Below are positions 50,901 through 59,730 of a stretch of DNA of 64,000 nucleotides, piece by piece. Both the position numbers and the translations under genes were made by a program. Source of the DNA: Vicugna vicugna (Eukaryota); contig MU061045.1 in NCBI GenBank assembly GCA_013265495.1, forward strand, positions 62,001-126,000, read 5' to 3'. The stretch's first letter is position 1. Each line of letters opens with the position of its first letter. The notes beneath the pieces are model-generated. The model worked only from the letters and a program-made list of their open reading frames with translations. It searched no databases and was not told the origin of the DNA.

Positions 50901-53900
50901 CCTCAAAGAGTGGCCTCAGAGTCTGATTTGCAGATAAGATAGAATCCTGCCCACAGCCACGTTGGGGCCATTGCAGCTCCCTGTGGGAGCCAGGCTCACA
51001 GAGCTTGCTCTTGGCCACCCAGGAATGTGAGCTCAGATGGCGCAGAGGCCCGGCGGCGACTCCGTGAGTGTGAGGGGCTGGTGGACGCGCTCCTGCATGC
51101 CCTGCAGTCGGCCGTGGGCAGGAAGGACACGGACAACAAGGTGGGTGGGCAGGCAGGCCCCAGCAGGGCCAGTCTCGCAGCCGCCCACAAAGGTCACAGG
51201 AACTCGCAACTATCTGGTGGCACAGAGGGGCACGTGGGTCGAGGTCAGCGCCCTGGGCGTGGGACACATCGCAGTGGTCACACCATGAAGCGGGTGTGGC
51301 ATGAAGCCCTGGTCAAGGGCCTGCATGCAGCAGGTGCTCCACCATCGTCCTCCCTGGGGCTTTCGCCTGAGTGGTCCCTTCCATGCACACTGGCTGTCAC
51401 CACCTGCCGTGGGAGGGTCAGCAGTCCGTGCCTGCCCAACCCTGGCCACCAGCCCCTCTCCCCGCAGTCGGTGGAGAACTGCGTGTGCATCGTGCGGAAC
51501 CTGAGCTACCATGTGCACAAGGAGGTGCCCGGCGCCGACAGGTACCAGGAGGCTGAGCCCGGGCCCCTGGGCAGTGCTATGGGCTCCCAGCGCCGGAGGA
51601 GGGATGACGCCGGCTGCTTCGGTGGCAAGAAGGCCAAAGGTGTGTGGGTGGGCCTGGGGAAGCAGTCTAGGACCCCCCACACTGCCGAGACCCACCCCCC
51701 ACGCCCTCAGTAGTCATGGTCACCTTCTAATGGGCAGGGAGCCAAAGTGGGTATGCTGCCCCCGGCTCCCAGCTGGCAGGCCCAGCCACCTTGTCTGCAC
51801 CGGGGCCCTGGGCAGGTGTCCCTACTGGTGCCCAGACCCAGGCCTTCGGCTCCAGGAAGGCTTCTAGGGGCCCAAATTTGGACGGTGCCGAGGACACAGC
51901 CACTCCTGGCGTTGGCAGAGCACCCAAAGATCCTGAGAAGCCCAGAGCAGCACCTCGCCCGCCTGCCTTACTCCATCCCCATCTCAGGTGCAGCTTCTGA
52001 TGCCCCTTGGCAGCTACCAGGGGGTCTGTACCACCTGCCCCCACCCCACTGCGTGGGCCGTTTCTGACCCCTGTCCCACTTGTGGGCACTCAGCCCCTGA
52101 AGTAGTCAGGTTGAGATTCACATCCCTGTGGTCAGTGCCTCCCAGGAGGGCGTGAAGGGGTGCTGCCCGCTCAGGCTCCTCTCCTCTCTCCTCTGCTTCC
52201 CCCGGCCGCCCAGAAGAGTGGTTCCATCAAGGTGAGTCCCCATTTGTCCGGGCAGGCCTGGGGGGTGCAGTGGTCACCAGGGAACCCCCCATTGCTCAGG
52301 CAGCCATCTCCATGACAACTGCAAGACCTTCCAGCCTCGGGAAGCCCCCATCCCAGGCCCTTCTCTGGGCAGCTGTCTCCATGACGACTGTGTGGACATG
52401 ACAACAGTAGGAATGTCAGCCCTCGCCTGGCTGGAGGCCAAGGGGCTGTCTGTCTGTAACCTCAGACTCCGCTGCCCGGGCAAGGCTGGAGCAGGAGCGG
52501 GAGCTGGGGCAGCTGGGCCGAGGGTAGGGCTTGGGGGTGTCCGTCCCAGGGCACCAGGGAGCAGAGTCTGCCCCTCCGATGGAATGTGTAGCTCAGACGG
52601 GCCACACGGCCCAGGAGGCTGGGCAGGGTGGGGGCCCCAAGTCGTCTGAACTCAGCTCTGCTGCCTTCCAAGGAGAAGGCCCCTTGTCTGGGAGGGGAGG
52701 GTGGTTGGGGAGTGGTGAGCACACCACCAGAGGTGTGCAGGCCGCAGCTGACGGGGTCTGTGGATTGTTGAGGGGGGTCTCTCCTCGCCCTAGATGGGCA
52801 AGTTTCCCCGTGAGGGGGACTCTTGCTCCACTCGGCCCTGCTCTGCAGCAGACATCCTGTCCCGCCAGCCCTCCACGTCCTTGTCTGCTGTGCCCCGACC
52901 TGGGCTCCAGGTCTCGTGGTCCACACACCTGGTGGCCACAGAAGGCCACCAGGAGGGTTTGCAGTGCAGCTCCCAGCACTTGTGGGTGATGAGCCCTGGC
53001 TGTTGGGCAGGGTCGGGATGTCCCCAGGCCTTACTGCCACCATTGCCCTCTGCTGGGCTGAACTGCCCACCTAAACTCAGGATGCTGCTCTGTTCCCAGG
53101 GCCTCTGGGTGCCCAAGTTTGGATACGGGTGCTTTCTGGGCCGTGAGCAGGAAAGTGCTGTACCCACCTCTCCTGACACACAACTGCCCCCTGCAGGGTC
53201 CACCTCACCTCCCACTGCCCTCTGTTCCAGGGAAGAAAGACGGTGAGATGGACCAGAACTTTGACACTCTGGACCTGCCCAAGCGAACTGAGGCTGCCAA
53301 AGGTGAGTGGGCAGAGGTAGAGTCCAGGCCCAGGCCAGTCCAGGAGTTAAGCTTTATGGCACCAAGCAGGCCCGAAGGGCCTTGGGGATCTGATGGAGAA
53401 AAAGTGGAAAAAACCACAAGTGTAGGGTTCCTGGAGGACTGTCCAGTCACTGGCCACCGCTGAGGGTTTGGAATCAGGATCCGTGCCACAGGTCAGTTCC
53501 GGCAGGGTATGGAGGTGCAGGCATAGAGGAGCCAGTGGCTTGCTGGTCACAGCACTAAGAGAGGCTGGCAGGGATTAGAGCAGGGCTGTTGAGTGAAGGG
53601 CGCTGGCCGGCAGGCAGGGCCTCCCATGTCGGCCAAGGAGGTTGGGCTCACTTGGGGGTGTTCTGCAGCCCTGAGGATGCAGCCAGACCCAGTACGAAGG
53701 CTGGGCCAGATCACCCTGGCTCGTCCTTCTTGCCCCTGTGCCTGTTGGAGCACTGCTGTGTGTGGCACTGTTCCGTGCACTGGGAGTCCAGCCTGGTGAG
53801 AAAAGCCTGCCCCAGTGAGCCCAGATACCCCCAGGCAGGGTGCAAGAGCCCAGCCGTGGAGGTTTAGGGGGAAGCATCGCAGGCAGAGGGCCCAGCTCGT

Positions 53901-56900
53901 GCAGATGCTGTGGGGACATGCTTGGAGTATCTGGGGAACAGGAAACTGGGGTGAAGGGAAAATGGGGTGTAAGGACTGGAAATGGGGTGATGCTGTGGGG
54001 ATGGGGGTTGGGAGGTCATGTCCAGGGACACAGAAGCCCCAGCATGGGGACAGACCTGGAAGCCTGCTCCAGCCTCATCCCTGGAGCACTGTGGGTGGCT
54101 CTGCTGCCAGGCTGGGGCCTCAACTGACCGACGGGGGACCAGAAGTGGTTGAGCGGCTCGGACTGGAGAATGGGCCCTGGTTATGGGGAAAGAGGAGCTG
54201 TTGCTAGGGGCTTTGAACCCTGTTGCTAGGGGAGCAGCCCTGGTTGCTGCCTCCCTCCCCACCCTGGGCGTCGTAGGCTCCAACTGCCAGGCAGCCCCCA
54301 TTTCTTTGGGGTCAGAGGAAGAATGACCTCACCAAGTCTACTGCCACCTTAGAGCCTGGGTTGATTCCTGTGTGAAATGGGAAAGGTTTTCCTCTTGGAT
54401 GACCACAAGGGTCATATGTTGGTGCTAAACGTTTCCTTGATGGTGACGAAGCCATCCTGGGCCCCAGCTCACCCTCACCCTGGGAGAGCTGGGGCAGCCT
54501 GGGTAACTGTGGGTGGTGGGTGCTCTGTGCCCAGGCTTTGAGCTGCTGTACCAGCCTGAGGTGGTACGTCTATACCTGTCCCTCCTGACGGAGAGCCGGA
54601 ACTTCAACACCCTGGAGGCTGCGGCTGGTGCCTTGCAGAACCTCAGCGCCGGCAACTGGGTGGTGAGAGGCCAAGCCTGGCAAGAGGGGGCAGAGGGAAT
54701 CCCAGGAGGCTTCCTGGTGGAGATGGCATGAGCTGCTGGGGTAGGGCTTTGTCAGGTCCGGGAGGAGGACTGTCCAGTCCAGCTGGAGGGGGTGGTCAGG
54801 ACCCAGGTGGGCAAGTGTCCGGTGCCTGTGGCCCATGGGCGCTGAGCAGGCCCCCACCACCCCGCCACAGTGGGCCACGTATATCCGCGCCACGGTGCGC
54901 AAGGAGCGCGGGTTGCCGGTGCTGGTGGAGCTGCTGCAGTCGGAGACAGACAAGGTGGTGCGCGCCGTCGCCATCGCCCTGCGCAACCTCTCACTGGACC
55001 GGCGCAACAAGGACCTCATCGGTGAGGATAGGGGCACAGCAGGGGTCTAGGGCCCAGGCCTTCCTGCCCCTTGCGGCCCCCCTCCTGCCGGTGCAGGTGT
55101 GCCCTCACCCAACCCTTCCCACAGGGAGCTACGCCATGGCCGAGCTGGTACGAAACGTGCGCAGCGCACAGGCACCCACACATCCTGGGGCCCGCCTGGA
55201 GGAGGATACCGTGGTGGCCGTGCTCAACACCATCCATGAGATCGTGTCCGACAGCCTGGACAATGCGCGCTCGCTGCTGCAGGCCCGTGGCATACCCGCG
55301 CTTGTGGCCCTGGGCGCCACCAGGTGGGTGGGGGCACGGCCTGGGGTGGGGCGCAGGTGGTGGGGGCAGAGCCTGGCAGTCTGGACCAGACGCTGACCCT
55401 GCCCTGTCTGCAGCCAATCAGTGCGCGAGGCGAAGGCTGCGTCCCACGTGCTGCAGACAGTGTGGAGTTACAAGGAACTTCGTGGCGCCCTGCAGAGGGA
55501 TGGCTGGACCAAGGCGCGCTTCCAGGTGCGGCCCGCCCGGCCCTTCCTTTCTCTCTTTGCCAGGCTGGGTCCCCTGCGGAGGTACCCCTGACGTCTGTTA
55601 TGTGCCCTACCCCCCACAGTTGGCTGCTGCTAACACCAAGGGGCCCAAGGCAGCACCGAGCCCCAGTGGCTTTGATGACAGCACGCTGCCGCTGGTGGAC
55701 AAGAGCCTGGGTGAGCACAGGGCAAGGCCCATCCCCAGGGTTCAGGAGCGTCCCCTACCAGCTGATGGGTGGAGGCGGGTGCGCCTTCCTCTCCTGTAGC
55801 CTCTGCATCCTCTACCGTGGTGCTCACAGTGGCACCAAGCAGGGGGTGGCAGTGCCAGCAGGCAGGGGCCCAGCAGGACGGTGCAAAGATGTTGGTGACA
55901 GAGGGTACTCAGGGGGGCCAAGGCCAGCTCCGGCCGCCTGCTGCTGTTTGCAACCAGCCAGTTCCCTACTCGTGCCTTGCAGACAATGAGAAGCCAGGCA
56001 GCCGGGACATGATCCCCATGGAGGCACTTGGGCCAGGTGAGTGCAGGGGCGGATGCTTGTTTCCTGTGTGGGGACGGCCTTTCAAGGAGGTGCTGGTTGG
56101 AAAAGAGAGATTTGATTTAGGGGTGCTCAGGGAGTGACGGGGGCAGCCGGCAGGGGGTCACTGCCCAGCCAGGGTGTCTCGTCACCCAGCCGAGGGGCAG
56201 CTGGAGGGCTCTGAGCTGCCGTGGGGGGAGCAAGTGAGAGGCTGCAAGGCCCACGCCCAGAGGGCCTGTGAGAAGATTTGGTGCAGGACAGTCGGGTGAG
56301 ATCCTCTCCAGGTGCACCCCCACATCCAGGCTGAGATGGGTGGGGTCTTATGGCACATACCCCTCAGAGTTCTCTTCATGCACGCACTCCTCAGACGGAT
56401 ACTCCACTGTTGACCGGAGGGAGCGGAGGGCGCGAGGCAGTGACCCTGCAGGGGAGGCCTCTGAGAAGGAACCATTAAAAGTAAGTGGCTATGGGCAGCT
56501 GTCGGGGGTGTGCCTAGAGAGGGGCCCAGGCAAGATGCTGAGTTTGGTCTCCGGCCTGGAGTCTGCCTGGGGTGGGGCCTCAGCTGCAGGGCAGCTGGGC
56601 CAGGAGCCCAGGGTGGGGATTGTCCCATCAGAGCCAGCCTATGGGTGCAGGTAGTTGAAAGCTCATGCCCACTGGGAGCGAGGGAGCACGGGACAGAAGG
56701 CATCACCCGGGGAGTCTGAACAAGCGTGTCTGCATCCTTCCTGCATGTGTGTTCGCGGCGCAGCCTGCTCTGCTCCCACCTCCAGGGCAGCCCCTGCCGC
56801 CTGCTCTGCGCCAATCCCCTGCTTTGGGCACGGGCCGTGCGTGCGTGTCCACATGTCACTCTGTCTCTCTGAGCCACGCTTGGTCAGCGCCCCTTGCCCT

Positions 56901-57138
56901 CGGCCCTCCCCTAGTGTGCACCCCGGCTCCGGCCTCGCCCCCCTGACCAGCCTGGCCCACACACTCCAGCTCTGACTAACCTGCTCTGTTCTGCCTCTGA
57001 CGCCCTCCTGCCCACTGCCGTCCGCTGCAGTCCGACACCAGCAGGAAGGCTCCTCCTCCTGGGCCCAGCAGGCCCACAGTCAGGCTGGTGGACGCCGTGG
57101 GGGATGCTAAGCCTCAGCCTGTTGACTCCTGGGTCTAG
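38762..57138 (+). CDS. ARVCF: ARVCF delta catenin family member, 960 aa; join(38762..38971,47315..47473,47619..48139,49039..49538,50140..50323,51023..51140,51468..51639,52214..52231,53231..53302,54535..54662,54871..55021,55125..55323,55414..55525,55620..55710,55983..56036,56395..56480,57031..57138)
   Basis: Spliced translation [42 protein letters not shown]... through armadillo repeats to the PDZ-binding end VDSWV*; 2883 nt; all GT-AG, phases consistent. Confidence 0.97.
41900..42900. promoter_or_regulatory. Intragenic CpG island, ARVCF internal promoter
   Basis: CpG-dense, multiple GC boxes and three ATTGG boxes upstream of an ATG-containing exon with a splice donor. Confidence 0.8.
42420..42440 (+). 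CDS. ARVCF: Alternative ARVCF first coding exon, MPAELRQ, phase 0, joins in frame to 47315
   Basis: ATGCCGGCCGAACTCAGACAG|gttgga; matches the MPAELRQEQSPG N-terminus I recall for a short mouse isoform. Confidence 0.75.
47315..47473 (+). CDS. ARVCF: ARVCF coding exon 2 ([22 protein letters not shown]...RRTETK)
   Basis: gctcag|GAG ... AAG|gtacgc; 159 nt. Confidence 0.95.
47619..48139 (+). CDS. ARVCF: ARVCF coding exon 3 ([15 protein letters not shown]...GRGLRT)
   Basis: aaccag|GTC ... ACCAG|gtgagg; 521 nt. Confidence 0.95.
49039..49538 (+). CDS. ARVCF: ARVCF coding exon 4 (first armadillo repeats)
   Basis: gcacag|GGCC ... ACAG|gtgagg; 500 nt. Confidence 0.95.
50140..50323 (+). CDS. ARVCF: ARVCF coding exon 5 ([19 protein letters not shown]...TSGCL)
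   Basis: ctgcag|GCAC ... TTGAG|gtgtgg; 184 nt. Confidence 0.95.
51023..51140 (+). CDS. ARVCF: ARVCF coding exon 6 ([18 protein letters not shown]...KDTDNK)
   Basis: acccag|GAAT ... AAG|gtgggt; 118 nt. Confidence 0.95.
51468..51639 (+). CDS. ARVCF: ARVCF coding exon 7 ([14 protein letters not shown]...CFGGKKAK)
   Basis: ccgcag|TCG ... AAAG|gtgtgt; 172 nt. Confidence 0.95.
52214..52231 (+). CDS. ARVCF: ARVCF 18-nt microexon (EEWFHQ)
   Basis: Long pyrimidine tract, cccag|AAGAGTGGTTCCATCAAG|gtgagt; frame-preserving. Confidence 0.9.
53231..53302 (+). CDS. ARVCF: ARVCF coding exon 9 ([23 protein letters not shown])
   Basis: gttccag|GGAAG ... AAAG|gtgagt; 72 nt. Confidence 0.95.
54535..54662 (+). 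CDS. ARVCF: ARVCF coding exon 10 ([17 protein letters not shown]...SAGNWV)
   Basis: gcccag|GCTT ... GTG|gtgaga; 128 nt. Confidence 0.95.
54871..55021 (+). CDS. ARVCF: ARVCF coding exon 11 ([16 protein letters not shown]...NKDLI)
   Basis: ccacag|TGG ... ATCG|gtgagg; 151 nt. Confidence 0.95.
55125..55323 (+). CDS. ARVCF: ARVCF coding exon 12 ([12 protein letters not shown]...LVALGAT)
   Basis: ccacag|GGAG ... CCAG|gtgggt; 199 nt. Confidence 0.95.
55414..55525 (+). CDS. ARVCF: ARVCF coding exon 13 ([21 protein letters not shown]...KARFQ)
   Basis: ctgcag|CCAA ... CAG|gtgcgg; 112 nt. Confidence 0.95.
55620..55710 (+). CDS. ARVCF: ARVCF coding exon 14 ([10 protein letters not shown]...[12 protein letters not shown])
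   Basis: ccacag|TTG ... CTGG|gtgagc; 91 nt. Confidence 0.93.
55983..56036 (+). CDS. ARVCF: ARVCF coding exon 15 ([17 protein letters not shown])
   Basis: ttgcag|ACAA ... CCAG|gtgagt; 54 nt. Confidence 0.93.
56395..56480 (+). CDS. ARVCF: ARVCF coding exon 16 ([28 protein letters not shown])
   Basis: cctcag|ACGG ... AAA|gtaagt; 86 nt. Confidence 0.93.
57031..57138 (+). CDS. ARVCF: ARVCF last coding exon ([35 protein letters not shown]); exon continues 12 nt to a donor at 57150
   Basis: ctgcag|TCC; TAG at 57136-57138; then cttgcatgcctg|gtaggt. Confidence 0.93.
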   Translation, partial: SDTSRKAPPPGPSRPTVRLVDAVGDAKPQPVDSWV

Positions 57139-57512
57139 CTTGCATGCCTGGTAGGTTCTCATCTGGTGTTCCTCCCCCATGCTCGCTCCTCCAGGCAGGG
57201 CCTTCTCCATCTCGGCTGCACGCTCTGCTCTCCCTGGCGGCCCAGCCCTGGCTCAGCGGCCTGAAGGCCCACAGAGGGAAGGACAGCCTGGGGTCTGAGT
57301 GGGAGAGGCCTCCTGGGCCTGCAGCCGGAGGCAGGCAATGTCACCAGGGCCCAGAGGCTGTGGGGCCAGAGCAGGGCTGGTCCCCCAACACCTTCAAATG
57401 CCCCCATCCCAGGCCCCCGGAGGACCAGCAGGGCAGGGTTGGCCCAGCTGCCTGCGTCCACACCATCCGCCGGGCTAACCGGCCTGCTCAGCCTTCCCAT
57501 CTCCCTCCTCAG

Positions 57513-58220
57513 GGCCTGGGCCCAGCTGGTCGTTCTTAGGATTTGACCTCGGAAGAAGGGCCGTTGGGGCCCCGCTGTGGAGCTGGGAGCCCCCTGGCGG
57601 CAACTGTCGGCAGGGCCACTCCTCCCGGAGCCTGACATTCTGGATGCGCCTCCCTTCCTGCCTGGCTCCCTCCCTCCTAACTCTTCGGAGTTAGTTTACT
57701 GACATGGTGCTGTGTGTGCGTGAGACAGGCTGGCAGGGCGCCCTGCTTTGCTTTGGGGACGACAGGGCTGGCAGAGCCGGAGTGTATGCACCACTGTGCG
57801 CAGGGCACCGAGGAGCAGGGCGGGCCCTGGAGCCCTGCAGCTGAGTGGGGAGGGGGCTCAGGGAACGGACTTTGACCCTGAGCCTGGAGGGTGGAGGGGC
57901 TGGCTGCTCTGGGGGCGGCACGCACAGCCTGACCCTGCCTGCCCTCGGATGTGTGGAGCCCCATGGCAGGGCCTCCCTGTGCACCTCTGACCCAGGGCCA
58001 CCATGCCCTGTCCTATAGCCAAGCCCTGAGTAGCACCTTGGGGACTGACCTTTGCCAGCAGCAAGGGACTGCTGTTCAGTGCCTGCTGTTTGAGACTTTA
58101 AAACAGAAGAACACTGACAAAAAGCATAAAAAACAGAACCAAAATGAGACTGTATTGGTAAACATCTAAATTTTTGTAAGAAAAGTTAAAAATTAAAAAA
58201 ACCAACAAACTTCGGTGGCT
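57513..58220 (+). other. ARVCF: ARVCF terminal exon (3' UTR; codes GLGPAGRS* if the previous exon is skipped); 3' end uncertain
   Basis: Strong acceptor ttcccatctccctcctcag at 57512/57513; ATTAAA at 58192-58197; a longer end near 59090 is possible. Confidence 0.7.
58192..58197 (+). terminator. Candidate proximal ARVCF poly(A) signal ATTAAA
   Basis: Variant hexamer in an AT-rich 3'-UTR block; A-rich context also risks internal priming artefacts. Confidence 0.45.
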
Positions 58221-58999
58221 CAGATCTCTCTCCACATTCTGCCCCCTCCTCATCTGCTGGGGGGCAGAAGTGGCCGCAGGTGCATGTCTGCTGTGTCCAG
58301 CAGGGGCTCAGCTCCCAGGTCCCAGGGGTCTTTCCCCACACGCATCCCCTTCCCACACACAAAGAGGAGTAGGCTTGTTCCTGGGTGGTTAGTAAGGCTT
58401 GGGGTGGGGTCCTGGCCAGGGGTTGTTCTTGGGCCCAGGTGGGCTCTGTCAGGCAGGGGTGGTCCTGGGATCTGGAACCCCAGGAAGCCTCTGAGGCGGC
58501 CAGAGGTCCAGTTGCTTGGGGGCCGTGGGGCGGGAACACCAAGGCAGGGCTGGGGCACCTGTGGATTGTGGTAGGTACAAACCAGCTGCTTCATCCCTTG
58601 CCAGCTGGGCAACCCCAAAGTGCCACGGCAGGTCTGTGACTGCTCTTCCCAAACAAGGTTCCACTCCATGCCACACAGGCCCCGAGAAGCCGGGCGTGGG
58701 ACAGACCACACCTGGCACTGCTGCAGGGCCCTGTCCACCTCTCCTAGCACCTTCTTGGTCAGAGAGGGCATGAAGGCTAGCCAAATGCCCTGTCCCAGCT
58801 TCCCCTATGGGACAGCTCTAGATGGGGCTGTAACAGGTGCCCTCGGCCCGGCCACAGGAGCAGTACTGGGCAGGTAGACAGCCTGAAGCCTTGGCACAGA
58901 TCAGGGGAGCAGCATGTCTGGTGCGAGGCTGAAGGCACCGGAGGAGAGGAGTGGCTGACAAGAAGAAATCAGCTGATCTCTTGTCTAAACTTTGAGACC

Positions 59000-59005
59000 T
59001 TTAAT
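59000..59005 (-). terminator. Candidate distal COMT poly(A) signal ATTAAA
   Basis: tttaat on + strand within an AT-rich island. Confidence 0.45.
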
Positions 59006-59065
59006 TTGTGTTTCATTATCTTCTCAACATGATGCTGGTGTATAAGATTGTTAGCAGTAGATTTT

Positions 59066-59071
59066 AGTAAA
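59066..59071 (+). terminator. Candidate distal ARVCF poly(A) signal AGTAAA
   Basis: Variant hexamer followed by T-rich sequence; I found no AATAAA on + between 57500 and 60000. Confidence 0.35.
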
Positions 59072-59349
59072 GAAGTTGCGTTTCATTCTTACAAAGGAGG
59101 TGAAGGAACTCGGGGGTCAGAAGCATGGTGAGAGTTGCTGGTTAGAGTGCATCACTGAGGTGTTGCTGCCACCTAGTGACAGCAGACCTCAAGGACAGGC
59201 TGTGTGGGTCCCCCGCTTCCTGTGTCTGCTGGCCATTTTGATGGCGGAGGACCTGCCCGTGTAAGAAGCCCTGTCAGAATGCTGGTGGGTGACACTGTGA
59301 GGGACACCACTTGCCGTGGTCTGGTCTTTGCAAGCAGATACTTTGCAGA

Positions 59350-59355
59350 TTTATT
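59350..59355 (-). terminator. COMT proximal poly(A) signal AATAAA
   Basis: tttatt on + strand about 165 nt downstream of the COMT stop. Confidence 0.65.
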
Positions 59356-59517
59356 GCAGTGACTTTGCATGGTGAGCTGGTTGCCCTAGGGGCGGACCAG
59401 CAAGGGACGGCCTGCGGCTGCTGTGCAGAGGCCTCAAGGGTGCTGCACTGAGGGCCCCAAGCTGCAGGAGCAGGTTGGCAGGCGCGGGCCCACCGCACCC
59501 TTTAGAACCAGGCTCGA

Positions 59518-59730
59518 CTAGGGGGCCGGAGCAGGCCTCGAAGGGCTGCCTGGGCCCTTGTAGACCACCTTCTCCAGGCCGTCCACCACCTGCGAGTACT
59601 CCAGGTACGAGCTGAAGTGTGTGCACTCGAAGCGGCTGTTCCCGCGCACATATGCCAGGAATTCCGGTGTTCCCGGGCAGATGACATTGTCAGCCAGCAA
59701 CACAGTCCCCTTCCGCAACAGGCCACACTC
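59518..59730 (-). CDS. COMT: COMT last coding exon ([20 protein letters not shown]...[13 protein letters not shown])
   Basis: ccctgcag|GAG; TAG at 59520-59518; 213 nt. Confidence 0.95.
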   Translation of the reverse strand, partial: ECGLLRKGTVLLADNVICPGTPEFLAYVRGNSRFECTHFSSYLEYSQVVDGLEKVVYKGPGSPSRPAPAP

